Shown piece after piece: positions 9,399-21,078 of a stretch of 64,000 nucleotides of DNA; position 1 is the first letter of the stretch; the number at the start of each line of letters is the position of its first letter. The notes under the pieces are model-generated. The model was not told the DNA's origin and did not search any database. It saw nothing but the letters and a program-made list of their open reading frames with translations. Position numbers and translations under genes: made by a program. The DNA is from Eubacteriales bacterium. GTDB taxonomy: Bacteria > Bacillota > Clostridia > Oscillospirales > CAG-272. The stretch lies in contig JAZUPQ010000053.1 in assembly GCA_045605265.1 (NCBI GenBank), positions 7,716 through 71,715 on the forward strand, written 5' to 3'.

Positions 9399-9484
9399 TC
9401 CCTTACTATTATTACGACTACAAAATTCATTTATTGATTGAAAAACGCCTATCGGCGAAAAAATCAGAAAGGATTAAATTTAAA

Positions 9485-10645
9485 ATGAAATTCACAGTTC
9501 TTAAATCGGTAATATTGAACGTTTTAACACCTGCAATGAGTACCGTTTCAAATAAAAATACTATTACTTCAATAGAAGGTGTTTTACTTGAGACTCTTGA
9601 AAACGGAAAAATACAACTTTCTACATACGATATGAATAAAGGAATCAGAGCAACCTTTGATGCTACCTCCATCGAAAGAGAGGGTAAATTCATAATCAAT
9701 GCTCAAAGATTTTATCAAACGCTCAGAGTTTTGCCCGAGGATGAGGTTACAATAGACATTAACGACAGACTTAACTGTGAAATCAGTTGCGGAGAAGCCA
9801 ATTTCTCGATTTTTGCAAACAGAGGCGAGGATTTTCCCAACCTTCCTGAACTTGTAAGCGACAAAGGATTTGAGGTTAAATCTTCCATTATTAAAAAAAT
9901 AATAAGTAAGGTGAGCCATTCAATAGCAGTTTCAGATAACAGAATTATGCTTACCGGTGCGTTTTTCAAAATAAGTAAGGAAGGAATGGAAGTTGTCTCC
10001 TGTGATAACTACACTCTTTCCAAATGTACGATGAAATGTGAAATTAACTCTCTTGACGAAGTTGAGGGAGTAACCGATTACTCTTTCATTATCCCGGGAC
10101 ACGCTATTAACGAAATGGCGAGAATTTTGCCGGATAGAGACGATTTGATCTGTAAATTCTATCTGTCCAGAAAGCACGCTATTATTAATTGTGAAAACTT
10201 GATTTTCTTTACAAGAACTATCGACTCTGATTATATAAATTATAACAGACTTATTCCCAAAGATAATAACATTTCGGTTGTAGTAGGCAGAGAAAGAATA
10301 TTAAGCGGTCTTGAAAGAGCAAATATCATCGCGGAAGAAAAAATTCAAGGCAGCGGAAGAAGCTACGTTAAGATTTCTGTAGAACAAAATTATTTGGTTA
10401 TATCCTCGTCCTCCGTAAACGGAAAGCTTATTGACGAGATGAGCTGCGTACAGGACGGAGACGATATAGAAATCGGCTTTAACTGTCGTTTCCTTATCAA
10501 TTCGATTAAGGCAAGCGAGGGCGAATGTATCAAGATTAAACTCAAATCTCCTACTCAGGCTATTACCATAGAGCCCGAAGTGGAAGACGAAGAATTTAAC
10601 TATTTCTATATGATTCTTCCTGTAAGAATGACCGAAAATCAATGA
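9485..10645 (+). CDS. dnaN: DNA polymerase III subunit beta (sliding clamp)
   Basis: The N-terminus 'MKFTVLKSVILNVL' matches beta-clamp N-termini. The ATG at 9485 is preferred over the TTG at 9434 in the ORF track, which has no RBS. The gene overlaps recF by ATGA. Confidence 0.93.
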   Translation: MKFTVLKSVILNVLTPAMSTVSNKNTITSIEGVLLETLENGKIQLSTYDMNKGIRATFDATSIEREGKFIINAQRFYQTLRVLPEDEVTIDINDRLNCEISCGEANFSIFANRGEDFPNLPELVSDKGFEVKSSIIKKIISKVSHSIAVSDNRIMLTGAFFKISKEGMEVVSCDNYTLSKCTMKCEINSLDEVEGVTDYSFIIPGHAINEMARILPDRDDLICKFYLSRKHAIINCENLIFFTRTIDSDYINYNRLIPKDNNISVVVGRERILSGLERANIIAEEKIQGSGRSYVKISVEQNYLVISSSSVNGKLIDEMSCVQDGDDIEIGFNCRFLINSIKASEGECIKIKLKSPTQAITIEPEVEDEEFNYFYMILPVRMTENQ

Positions 10646-11754
10646 TAATTAAAAAATTCCACGCCAAAAATTTTAGAAATATAGGCGAATGTGAAATAGA
10701 ATTTCATAAAGGCGTCAATATCCTTTTAGGAGACAACGCGCAAGGAAAAACCAACGCTCTTGAAGGAATATATCTTTTTTCACGCGGAAAATCACACAGA
10801 GCGAAAGAAGATAAAGAACTTATAAAATTTGGAGAAGAGGGGTTTACTGTCGGTATAGAATACGAGGATTCACTCGGCGATAATACGCTTGAATATACTC
10901 TATACGGAAGAGAACGGAAAAGACGTAAAAACGGCTATAAAATTGATAAGGTCAAGGATATGGTAGGCAATTTTAAAAGCGTTTTGTTTTATCCGGATGA
11001 TTTACAGCTTGTTAAGGCGGGACCTGACGAAAGACGCGCGTTTTTAAATGTGGCGATAAGTCAGATTTATCCTTCTTATATAAGCTTTTATGCAAACTAC
11101 CGTCATTCTCTTGAAAACAGAAACAACCTCATAAAAAAAGCCAATAACGGTATATTTGTAGACCGTGAAGAAATAGTCAGCTGGTCTATTTCTATGGCTA
11201 AGTATGCAACTGATATTTATCTTTTCAGAAAAGATTATATAAAAAAGCTGGAAATATCGGCAAAAAAAATTATGTCGGATATTTCAAATCAAAATGAAAT
11301 TTTATCTTTCAGATATAAAAACAATATAAGCGAAGATTTTGAAGAAAGAGAAAATATCGAAAACTGTTACAGACAGAAATTAACCGAAAATTTAGACAGA
11401 GAAATTGCCGCCGGAACAAGTCTTTACGGAGTACACCGAGATGATTTGGAAATTTTCATTAATGATAAAGAGGCGAGACTTTTCGCTTCTCAAGGACAGC
11501 AGAGATCTATCGTTTTGGCTCTGAAGCTAGCCGAGGGAGAGGTAAGTCTTCAGATTTGCGGCGAATATCCGGTATTCCTTTTTGACGACGTTTTGAGTGA
11601 ATTAGATGAAAAAAGAAGAAAATACGTGCTTGACGGAATTGGTGAAAGACAAATAATAATAACCTCATGCGAAAAGGAATTTATAGACGGAATAAGCGAT
11701 AAAATTATCGAGGTTAAGAACGGAGAGTACTCTTATGTATCTGCATATAGGTAA
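10642..11754 (+). CDS. recF: DNA replication/repair protein RecF
   Basis: 370 aa with Walker A 'GDNAQGKTNALE', signature 'SQGQQRS' and Walker B 'FLFDDVLSELD'. Confidence 0.93.
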   Translation: MIIKKFHAKNFRNIGECEIEFHKGVNILLGDNAQGKTNALEGIYLFSRGKSHRAKEDKELIKFGEEGFTVGIEYEDSLGDNTLEYTLYGRERKRRKNGYKIDKVKDMVGNFKSVLFYPDDLQLVKAGPDERRAFLNVAISQIYPSYISFYANYRHSLENRNNLIKKANNGIFVDREEIVSWSISMAKYATDIYLFRKDYIKKLEISAKKIMSDISNQNEILSFRYKNNISEDFEERENIENCYRQKLTENLDREIAAGTSLYGVHRDDLEIFINDKEARLFASQGQQRSIVLALKLAEGEVSLQICGEYPVFLFDDVLSELDEKRRKYVLDGIGERQIIITSCEKEFIDGISDKIIEVKNGEYSYVSAYR

Positions 11755-12001
11755 CGGACAAAGCGTAAAAGAATGTGAAATTTTAGGAATATTCGACCTT
11801 GATACCGCAACGATTTCAAAACATACTAAAAAGTATATTTCAACCCTTGAAAAAGACGGAAAGCTTGAATATACAGACTTTGATTTACCGCGAAGCTTTG
11901 TTGTGTTCGGTAAGGGAAAAAATTTAAGAGCGAAGCTTTCAAGAATTTCCTCTGCCGGATTAAAACAGAGAATAGATAATGAATTAAAAGACTACGAATA
12001 A
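11735..12001 (+). CDS. DUF370 protein (RemB/YaaB-like) in the recF-gyrB slot
   Basis: 88 aa with 'LHIGNGQSVKECEILGIFDLD', typical of the DUF370 family. Its position is the same as Bacillus yaaB. Confidence 0.75.
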   Translation: MYLHIGNGQSVKECEILGIFDLDTATISKHTKKYISTLEKDGKLEYTDFDLPRSFVVFGKGKNLRAKLSRISSAGLKQRIDNELKDYE

Positions 12002-12006
12002 TTTAG

Positions 12007-13953
<1,947 letters not shown>

Positions 13954-13982
13954 TGAAAGCAAATGAGGATAGGTAGTAAAAT

Positions 13983-16550
13983 ATGGCAAAGACATATAAA
14001 AGCGAAGATATAGAATTTCCGTTACAAAAAATTGAATTAAGGGATATGCGAAAGGAAGTAGAAACTTCATTCATCGAATATTCAATGAGCGTTATTACTT
14101 CAAGAGCTCTTCCTGACGTTCGCGACGGTATGAAGCCCGGACAGAGAAGAATTCTTTATGCTATGTACGAAGATAATCTTACATATGATAAGCCTTTCAG
14201 AAAGTCCGCTACAACCGTAGGTAACGTTTTAGGCCGTTATCATCCGCACGGAGACAGCGCAGTTTATCAGGCTATGGTAAGAATGGCTCAAAGCTTCTCT
14301 TACAGATATCCTCTTGTCGAGGGTCACGGAAACTTCGGTAACGTAGACGGAGACGGCGCAGCCGCATACCGTTATACCGAGGCGAGAATGAGTAAAGTTG
14401 CAGGTCTTATGATGAGCGACATTGAGAAAAAGGTCGTTCCTATGACAAGAAACTTTGACAACACAAGAGACGAGCCTCTCGTTCTTCCCTCCCGTTTTCC
14501 AAACCTTCTTGTAAACGGCTCCGTCGGTATTGCCGTCGGTATGGCCACGAATATTCCGCCTCACAATTTATGTGAGATAGTCGACGGTACCGTATACAGA
14601 ATTGACAACCCGGAATGTTCGGTTGACGAACTTATGGAATATATAAAGGGACCCGACTTCCCTACTGCTGCAATTATTTATGGTTCAAAGGGTATACGCG
14701 ACGCATATACGACCGGACGCGGAAGAGTTTACGTAAGAGCGAGAGCAGAAATTGAAGAGGAAAATAAGAGAATTATTTTTACCGAAATTCCTTATATGGT
14801 AAATAAAGCTCAGCTTATGGAGAGTATCGGAAACCTCTACCGCGAGAAAAAAATAGAAGGCATTACGGGTATTCGCGATGAGTCAGGCAGAGACGGAATG
14901 AGGATAGTCGTTGAATACAGGAGAGATGCAAATTCCGAGTACATTTTAAATCAACTGTACAAGTACACTCAATTTCAGGATACCTGCTCAATCAATATGC
15001 TCGTAATTGATAACGGCGAGCCTAAAACACTCTCTCTTCCCTCAATTCTTGACAAATATATAAACTTCCAAAAGAGCGTAATTGAGAGAAGAACGAGATT
15101 TGATTTGGAAAAGGCTGAAAAAGAAAAGCATATACTTGAAGGTTACAGAATTGCTACGGAAAACATCGACGAGGTAATAGAAATAATTAAAAAGAGTGAT
15201 TCTATACCTGCGGCGAAGGAAAATCTTATAGAAAGATTTGCTCTTTCCGAAGAACAGGCAAAGGCTATCGTAGAAATGACTCTCGGTAAGCTCTCAGGTC
15301 TTGAAAGACAAAAGGTTGAGGACAGGATTGAAAAGCTCACCGCTATTATAGATGAACTTAAATCAATTCTTGAAAGTGACGAAAAAATAAAAGAAATACT
15401 CAAAAATGAGCTTCTTGAAGCAAAGGCAAAATTCGGAGATAAGCGCCGAAGCGAGCTTGTTGAGGCTGTTGAGGAAATTGACCTTGAAGACCTTATAGAG
15501 AGACATACGGCAGTTATTACCGTAAGCCACACGGGATATATAAAGAGACAAAAGGCTGACGTTTACTCTGCTCAAAACAGAGGCGGTAAAGGAATTATCG
15601 GTATGACTACAAAGGAAGACGACTTCGTTGAGGACGTTATCGTAGCAAACAGCCACTCCAATCTTCTTTTCTTTACCAACAGAGGAAGAGTTTATTGTAA
15701 AAAAGCTTATCACATTCCCGAGGCGTCAAGAACTGCCAAGGGTACGAACCTTGTTAACATTATTCAGCTTATGGACGGTGAAGCGGTAACGGCTATTATT
15801 CCGATTACCGAGTTTACAGAGGGCGAATATCTTACAATGGTTACCAAATTCGGAGTTATTAAGAGAACGCTTCTTTCTGAGTTTGAATATCAAAGAAAGG
15901 GCGGTAAAATCGCTATCAATCTTGATGAAAACGACGAACTTATTTTTGTTAGACATACAAGCGGTGAGGAAAGTCTTATCATCGCAACCCGTGAAGGAAA
16001 CGCAGTAAGATTTGACGAAAATAACGTTCGTTCAATGGGAAGAACCGCTCACGGAGTTAAGGGTATTACCCTTATGGGTGATGACTACGTTGTAGGTGTT
16101 GCTCTTGTTGATGACTCAAAGACACTTCTCACAATAACCGAAAAGGGTATAGGAAAGAGGACGTCATTCTCCGATTTCAGAGAGATGAAGCACAGAGGCG
16201 GTAAGGGCGTAACCTGCCAAAATATCACTGAAAAAACAGGTAAGCTCTCTTCTATTATTACCGTTGACGACGACGATGATATTATGCTCATCACAAACGA
16301 GGGAACGATTATCAGAACCTCTGTTTCAAGCGTAAACGTATATTCAAGAACTGCAACGGGTGTAATTATTATGAGACTTTCTGAAGGCTCATATATTAAC
16401 AACGTAGCAAGACTTGAAAAGAGTGAGGATATAGAAAAAGCAAGCGAAAATGCAGAAAAAGAACTTGAAGAGGAACTTAAAAATAATCCTGAAAAACCGG
16501 TACTTAGAGAAGTAGAAAAAGCGGAACTTGCGGATGAGGAAAGCTTCTAA
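13983..16550 (+). CDS. gyrA: DNA gyrase subunit A
   Basis: 855 aa with '[17 protein letters not shown]' (QRDR context) and the catalytic Tyr context '[11 protein letters not shown]'. The C-terminal half has repeated beta-pinwheel-type segments and an acidic tail. Confidence 0.97.
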   Translation: MAKTYKSEDIEFPLQKIELRDMRKEVETSFIEYSMSVITSRALPDVRDGMKPGQRRILYAMYEDNLTYDKPFRKSATTVGNVLGRYHPHGDSAVYQAMVRMAQSFSYRYPLVEGHGNFGNVDGDGAAAYRYTEARMSKVAGLMMSDIEKKVVPMTRNFDNTRDEPLVLPSRFPNLLVNGSVGIAVGMATNIPPHNLCEIVDGTVYRIDNPECSVDELMEYIKGPDFPTAAIIYGSKGIRDAYTTGRGRVYVRARAEIEEENKRIIFTEIPYMVNKAQLMESIGNLYREKKIEGITGIRDESGRDGMRIVVEYRRDANSEYILNQLYKYTQFQDTCSINMLVIDNGEPKTLSLPSILDKYINFQKSVIERRTRFDLEKAEKEKHILEGYRIATENIDEVIEIIKKSDSIPAAKENLIERFALSEEQAKAIVEMTLGKLSGLERQKVEDRIEKLTAIIDELKSILESDEKIKEILKNELLEAKAKFGDKRRSELVEAVEEIDLEDLIERHTAVITVSHTGYIKRQKADVYSAQNRGGKGIIGMTTKEDDFVEDVIVANSHSNLLFFTNRGRVYCKKAYHIPEASRTAKGTNLVNIIQLMDGEAVTAIIPITEFTEGEYLTMVTKFGVIKRTLLSEFEYQRKGGKIAINLDENDELIFVRHTSGEESLIIATREGNAVRFDENNVRSMGRTAHGVKGITLMGDDYVVGVALVDDSKTLLTITEKGIGKRTSFSDFREMKHRGGKGVTCQNITEKTGKLSSIITVDDDDDIMLITNEGTIIRTSVSSVNVYSRTATGVIIMRLSEGSYINNVARLEKSEDIEKASENAEKELEEELKNNPEKPVLREVEKAELADEESF

Positions 16551-17188
16551 TGAAAAGAAATGTTTGCATTTTGTTATTATTTTGTACAATATTTTCCTTA
16601 ATTTCTTGTGGTAAAATAAAATATGATGAGAAAACGGTGATTGAAAAATCAAAGATTCTCATTGAAAACTCCGCAATTCTTAATGAAATTTATTGGGGTG
16701 AAGGAATAGGATACGATTTAGATACAAGTATGTCTAACGGATATTACTATCCCGCAAACTTGCTATCCTGTTCAAGTTACGGTATAACTACCCTCGATGA
16801 TTTAAAAATGCTCACTGCAAAGACTTTCAGTTTGGAATACAGCAATAGCATTTTTAGAGCGTCGCTGCTTGATACCGAAAACAGCGCCGGAGGTTACGTG
16901 CTGACAAGATATTATCAAAAATATTCGGATTTGGAACAAAAAAATCCCGAATGCATAATGGTATATTCAAAATATGAGCCGATGCTAAAAGACAAGGTAG
17001 AATATCTATATGACACGCTGAAAGTACTGAATTCGGATAGTGAAAAAATTTATATCTCTATTGATACTAACGTTACGCGGGACTTTGAAACACAGAAAAG
17101 AAATATCAGAATAGCGTTGGTTTTACAAAACGGCGAATACAGAATTGATTCGCCTACATATATAACATTTTTAGAAGAAAATAAATAA
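16550..17188 (+). CDS. hypothetical lipoprotein, start overlapping the gyrA stop
   Basis: 212 aa with a lipobox 'FSLISCGK'. Its ATG overlaps the gyrA TAA (TAATG). I recognise no family. Confidence 0.55.
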   Translation: MKRNVCILLLFCTIFSLISCGKIKYDEKTVIEKSKILIENSAILNEIYWGEGIGYDLDTSMSNGYYYPANLLSCSSYGITTLDDLKMLTAKTFSLEYSNSIFRASLLDTENSAGGYVLTRYYQKYSDLEQKNPECIMVYSKYEPMLKDKVEYLYDTLKVLNSDSEKIYISIDTNVTRDFETQKRNIRIALVLQNGEYRIDSPTYITFLEENK

Positions 17189-17203
17189 AGAGAGGACGAA
17201 ACC

Positions 17204-17734
17204 ATGACATTTAGTGAAAAACTCATCAGACTCAGAAAAATTAAAGGAATAACACAGGACGAATTTGCCGCAATCGTTGGCGTTTCACGTCAAGCGGTTT
17301 ATAAGTGGGAAAGCGGAAAATCCTATCCCGAAGTCCAAAAGCTTCTTGAAATCAAGAGCCTGTTTTCAATTTCAATCGATGACCTTTTAGATGAAAACTT
17401 TGAAATTGAATTGCCAAAGAAAAAGAGAAAGAAGAGACTCTCCGCCGAAAAGAAGAGAGAGATAGAAAGCAGAATCGAAAAAGAACTCATCGAGGAAAAA
17501 ATGATTCAGGAAAAACCTGTACAAAGCGAAGCTCCCGCAACTATCGCAGAGGAAGAAAAAGTTCCTGTTGCAGTTGCTCAAACCGCAGCGCCCGCGCCCG
17601 CTTCTGAGCCTGTCGCAGCAGCTCCTGTTTCCGAACCTGTTGAAAATCCCGTTTCAGAGCCGGTTGAAACACCGCAAGAAGCGGCAGAACAGAAAAAAGT
17701 AGGTCTTTTTGGAAGACTTTTCGGTAGAAAATAA
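17204..17734 (+). CDS. XRE-family HTH protein with a Pro/Ala/Glu-rich repeat region and a C-terminal amphipathic helix
   Basis: The N-terminal Cro/C1 HTH is 'IRLRKIKGITQDEFAAIVGVSRQAVYKWESGKSYP'. The middle is K/E-rich. The C-terminal part carries 'PVSEPVENPVSEPVETP' repeats and ends in 'KKVGLFGRLFGRK'. Confidence 0.7.
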   Translation: MTFSEKLIRLRKIKGITQDEFAAIVGVSRQAVYKWESGKSYPEVQKLLEIKSLFSISIDDLLDENFEIELPKKKRKKRLSAEKKREIESRIEKELIEEKMIQEKPVQSEAPATIAEEEKVPVAVAQTAAPAPASEPVAAAPVSEPVENPVSEPVETPQEAAEQKKVGLFGRLFGRK

Positions 17735-17809
17735 AAACAAAAAGGCCGAATAAATTTCACACGGTATGGTAACAATCTACATAAAAGTATAAAAAAGGAA
17801 AAACTTTAT

Positions 17810-18076
17810 ATGTTACGAGGTTATCAAAAAAGAGTTATATATCTAAAAAATACAGGAAGTGAAATTTTTAAAGAAGCATACTTTGTATTAGAGGATGAAA
17901 AACGAGTTTCTTCATCCTCTAAAAAGGCTTTGGTTGATGAGGCGAATAAAATAATAGATGAAAATTTTTATTTTAAAAAGAATAAGAAATTTATAAAAAT
18001 CATTCCCTATGTATGCTTTATCGGCGGAATGATTACAGCCTCGGTAATGTTTTTAATATACTTATTTTTTCGCTGA
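17810..18076 (+). CDS. hypothetical small protein with a C-terminal TM helix
   Basis: 88 aa with one hydrophobic segment, 'IIPYVCFIGGMITASVMFLIYLFF'. No family is recognised. Confidence 0.4.
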   Translation: MLRGYQKRVIYLKNTGSEIFKEAYFVLEDEKRVSSSSKKALVDEANKIIDENFYFKKNKKFIKIIPYVCFIGGMITASVMFLIYLFFR

Positions 18077-18107
18077 ATTTATGAAAATTTAGCAGAAACG
18101 GAATTTT

Positions 18108-19796
18108 ATGAAAAAAGAAAAAACTCAAAGGGGTGCAAATGCAAAATTGCGTATTGCATCGCTTGGCGGACTTGGAGAAGTTGGTAAGAATATTACCATT
18201 TTTGAAAGTTCAAACGATATTGTAATTATAGACTGCGGTATGGGATTTCCCGATGAGGATATGCTTGGTATAGATTTGGTAATTCCCGACATATCATATC
18301 TTGTAAAAAATGCAGATAAAATAAGAGGTATTTTAATAACCCACGGTCACGAAGACCATATCGGAGCAATTCCGTATATATTGCAGCAAATAAACGTTCC
18401 GATTTACGGAACAAGACTTTCCCTTGGAATTCTTGAAGGAAAAATAGCCGAGCATAAGCTTCCCTACGAGCCTGATTTTTATACAGTTGACGCAGGCGAC
18501 GTAGTTAATCTCGGTGCGATGAAAGCTGAATTTATTCACGTAAATCACTCAATCGCAGATGCCTGCGCAATATATTTAAAAACACCTGCCGGAAATATAT
18601 TCCATTCAGGTGACTTCAAGCTCGATGTATCTCCTATCGACGGCAAAATGATGGATATAACCAGAATAGGTGAAATTGGAAAGCAAGGAGTAGATTTACT
18701 TCTCTGTGAGTCTACTAACGCTGAAAGAGAGGGCTTTACACCCTCTGAAAGAACGGTAGGAAGCTCGCTCGAAAGAATATTTTCCTCCTATCAAAATAAC
18801 AGAATAATTATTGCTACATTCTCGTCTAACGTACACAGAGTTCAACAAATTATAAATGCGTCATACTCTCACGGAAGAAAGGTCGCAATTCTTGGCCGAA
18901 GCATGATGAATGTAATCGGAGCAGCGGCAGAGCTTGACTATATGGAGCTTCCCGATGGAGTTTTGATAGACGTCAACGATGTTAAACGTTATAAACCCGA
19001 ACAGATAACCTTGATTACAACAGGCAGTCAGGGTGAGCCAATGAGCGCGCTATACAGAATTGCGTTTTCGGAGCACGATCGCATAAAGCTCAATACGGGG
19101 GACGTAGTGGTTTTGTCATCAAGCGCAATTCCCGGTAATGAAAGATTTGTTGGAAAAATTGTAAATGCTCTCGTTAAAAACGGAGTTAAAGTCGTTAATG
19201 ACGCGGTAGAAGACGTTCACGTTTCGGGTCACGCCTGCCGCGAAGAAATAAAGCTTCTTATTGCGCTTACAAAGCCGAAATACTATATGCCAATTCACGG
19301 CGAGGAAAGACACCTTTATGCAAACAAGGAAATTGGCGAGTATATGGGTATTCCTTCCGAAAATATTTTCGTCTCGGAAATAGGAAAGGTATTGGAGCTT
19401 GATAAAAAATCCGCTAAATTCAACGGAACAATTCAAGCAGGAAAGGTGTTGGTTGACGGCAGCGGAGTTGGTGATATAGGAAACGTTGTTCTCAGAGACA
19501 GAAAGCTCCTATCGGAAGACGGACTTGTAGTTGTCGTTGCTGTGGTTGACATCAACGGCGGATACGTGGTTTCCGGGCCGGATATAGTTTCACGCGGATT
19601 TGTCTACGTCAAAGAAAACGAAGAATTGATGACTCGCGCAAAGCAAATTTGCGAACAAACTCTCAACAGAGCGATTTCAAAGAGAATGAGAGACAGACTT
19701 CAAATAAAGGGACTTATAAGAGACGATTTAGCTAAATTTATATTTAAAGAAACAAAGCGTAAGCCGGTAATTTTACCTGTGCTTATGGATATTTAA
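18108..19796 (+). CDS. rnj: ribonuclease J
   Basis: 562 aa with the metallo-beta-lactamase motif 'THGHEDHIG', a beta-CASP region and 'HVSGHA'. The length and layout are typical of RNase J. Confidence 0.92.
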   Translation: MKKEKTQRGANAKLRIASLGGLGEVGKNITIFESSNDIVIIDCGMGFPDEDMLGIDLVIPDISYLVKNADKIRGILITHGHEDHIGAIPYILQQINVPIYGTRLSLGILEGKIAEHKLPYEPDFYTVDAGDVVNLGAMKAEFIHVNHSIADACAIYLKTPAGNIFHSGDFKLDVSPIDGKMMDITRIGEIGKQGVDLLLCESTNAEREGFTPSERTVGSSLERIFSSYQNNRIIIATFSSNVHRVQQIINASYSHGRKVAILGRSMMNVIGAAAELDYMELPDGVLIDVNDVKRYKPEQITLITTGSQGEPMSALYRIAFSEHDRIKLNTGDVVVLSSSAIPGNERFVGKIVNALVKNGVKVVNDAVEDVHVSGHACREEIKLLIALTKPKYYMPIHGEERHLYANKEIGEYMGIPSENIFVSEIGKVLELDKKSAKFNGTIQAGKVLVDGSGVGDIGNVVLRDRKLLSEDGLVVVVAVVDINGGYVVSGPDIVSRGFVYVKENEELMTRAKQICEQTLNRAISKRMRDRLQIKGLIRDDLAKFIFKETKRKPVILPVLMDI

Positions 19797-19817
19797 TGCG
19801 ACACGGGGGCGGAGTAA

Positions 19818-20456
19818 ATGTTATATGTTGGTATCACAAAGGCGAGAGACATTTTTGAAAATTACTCTGCCCTTTTATCATTCGGCGAAAAAACGAAATT
19901 CAAGTCCATAAAAAATAAAAAAGAAGCTGAAATGTATGCAACGTCAAAAATTCTTTTGAGAATTATGATGAAAGAATTTTTAAATAAGGAATTTACAGAA
20001 CTTGAATATAACAGTCACGGGAAACCCTATTTAAAGAATTTTCCCTATGATTTCAGCATATCTCACAGCGAAGGCGTTTGTATTGTTTTAATAAGCGATA
20101 CCAAAAATGAAAAGGTGGGAATTGACGTTCAAAAGAACCTCACAGACGAAAAGAAGGCAGAGCGAATTTCTAAAAGATTTTTTAAGAATATTGATAATAA
20201 AATAATTGAGACTTCTTCCCTTTCAACCGAGTTTTTTATTTATGATTTAAAAGACGGACAAGTCAAGAAAAACAGAATTTTTCCAAAATCAAAAGTTCTA
20301 GAGGATTTTAATTTTAAATGGACAAGATTAGAGGCGTTTTTAAAGGCTAGGGGAACAGGATTTTGTCAGCTTGAAGAAGCTCACGAAATAAAAGATAAAT
20401 TTTCAAGCTTTGAATACGAAGATTACACAATCTCAATATGCAAAAAAGAACTGTAA
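19818..20456 (+). CDS. 4'-phosphopantetheinyl transferase (Sfp-type)
   Basis: 212 aa with PPTase motifs 'FSISHSEG', 'VGIDVQK' and 'WTRLEAFLKARGTG'. Confidence 0.7.
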   Translation: MLYVGITKARDIFENYSALLSFGEKTKFKSIKNKKEAEMYATSKILLRIMMKEFLNKEFTELEYNSHGKPYLKNFPYDFSISHSEGVCIVLISDTKNEKVGIDVQKNLTDEKKAERISKRFFKNIDNKIIETSSLSTEFFIYDLKDGQVKKNRIFPKSKVLEDFNFKWTRLEAFLKARGTGFCQLEEAHEIKDKFSSFEYEDYTISICKKEL

Positions 20457-20485
20457 AAGCTTTATGCTCTTACAGTTCTTTTTTT
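20448..20485 (+). terminator. intrinsic terminator after the PPTase gene
   Basis: 9-bp stem GAACTGTAA/TTACAGTTC with a 13-nt loop, followed by T7. Confidence 0.7.
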
Positions 20486-21032
20486 ATATGATGGAGTTAA
20501 TGAACTCCAAAATGTTTGGCAAAAATCTGATAAGTAAAATTAATATAACGATAAATAATACGCTTACAAGAACAGGAGAAAAAATTGAAACGTTTTCCTT
20601 TTCTATTTTATTTTTAACTGCGTCAAGTTGATTTTCGGGAATATAAAATTTAGCGGTGTTAAAATTTACCTCGTCGTATTTTTTCTTTTCCTCTTTCGTG
20701 AGTTTTATATAATCCTCATAACTTAATTTTTTTCTTCCTGCGATTTTTACAAAGGAGGCAAACTGTCCTTTATACGAAACAAAAAGCTTCATTAATGTCG
20801 GATTTAAAAATAACTCGCTGACGGTTTTTGAATTTTCTTCGCCTATACCTTCATACCTAACAAGCATAAACAAAACATCCTGCAAGTACTTTTTCTTGAA
20901 ATGTATGAAAAATACCGTCAAGCAAAGAGTAACGATAAGAAGAAAAATAAAAAGTCCAATGGGAAAATCTATATTAATTTTATCGTACTGATTTAAGTTG
21001 CTATTAAAAAATTTTTCAATATAATATAACAT
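20484..21032 (-). CDS. hypothetical membrane protein downstream of parB (TM helices near both ends)
   Basis: The ATG at 21032 has an AAGAGG RBS; the track start at 21056 is a TTG. The gene begins 47 nt after the parB stop, so it is probably co-transcribed. It may belong to the small-membrane-protein family often found after parB in Firmicutes, but I cannot verify that. Confidence 0.45.
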   Translation of the reverse strand: MLYYIEKFFNSNLNQYDKINIDFPIGLFIFLLIVTLCLTVFFIHFKKKYLQDVLFMLVRYEGIGEENSKTVSELFLNPTLMKLFVSYKGQFASFVKIAGRKKLSYEDYIKLTKEEKKKYDEVNFNTAKFYIPENQLDAVKNKIEKENVSIFSPVLVSVLFIVILILLIRFLPNILEFINSII

Positions 21033-21078
21033 AAAACCTCTTAATTGTAAACTCAAATTTACAATTTGCGTTGTTTAA

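Noticed and set aside
9434-9484. The TTG start for dnaN given by the ORF track (403 aa).
   Set aside because: It has no RBS, and the 17 extra residues lie inside the putative oriC spacer. The ATG at 9485 yields the conserved beta-clamp N-terminus MKFT.
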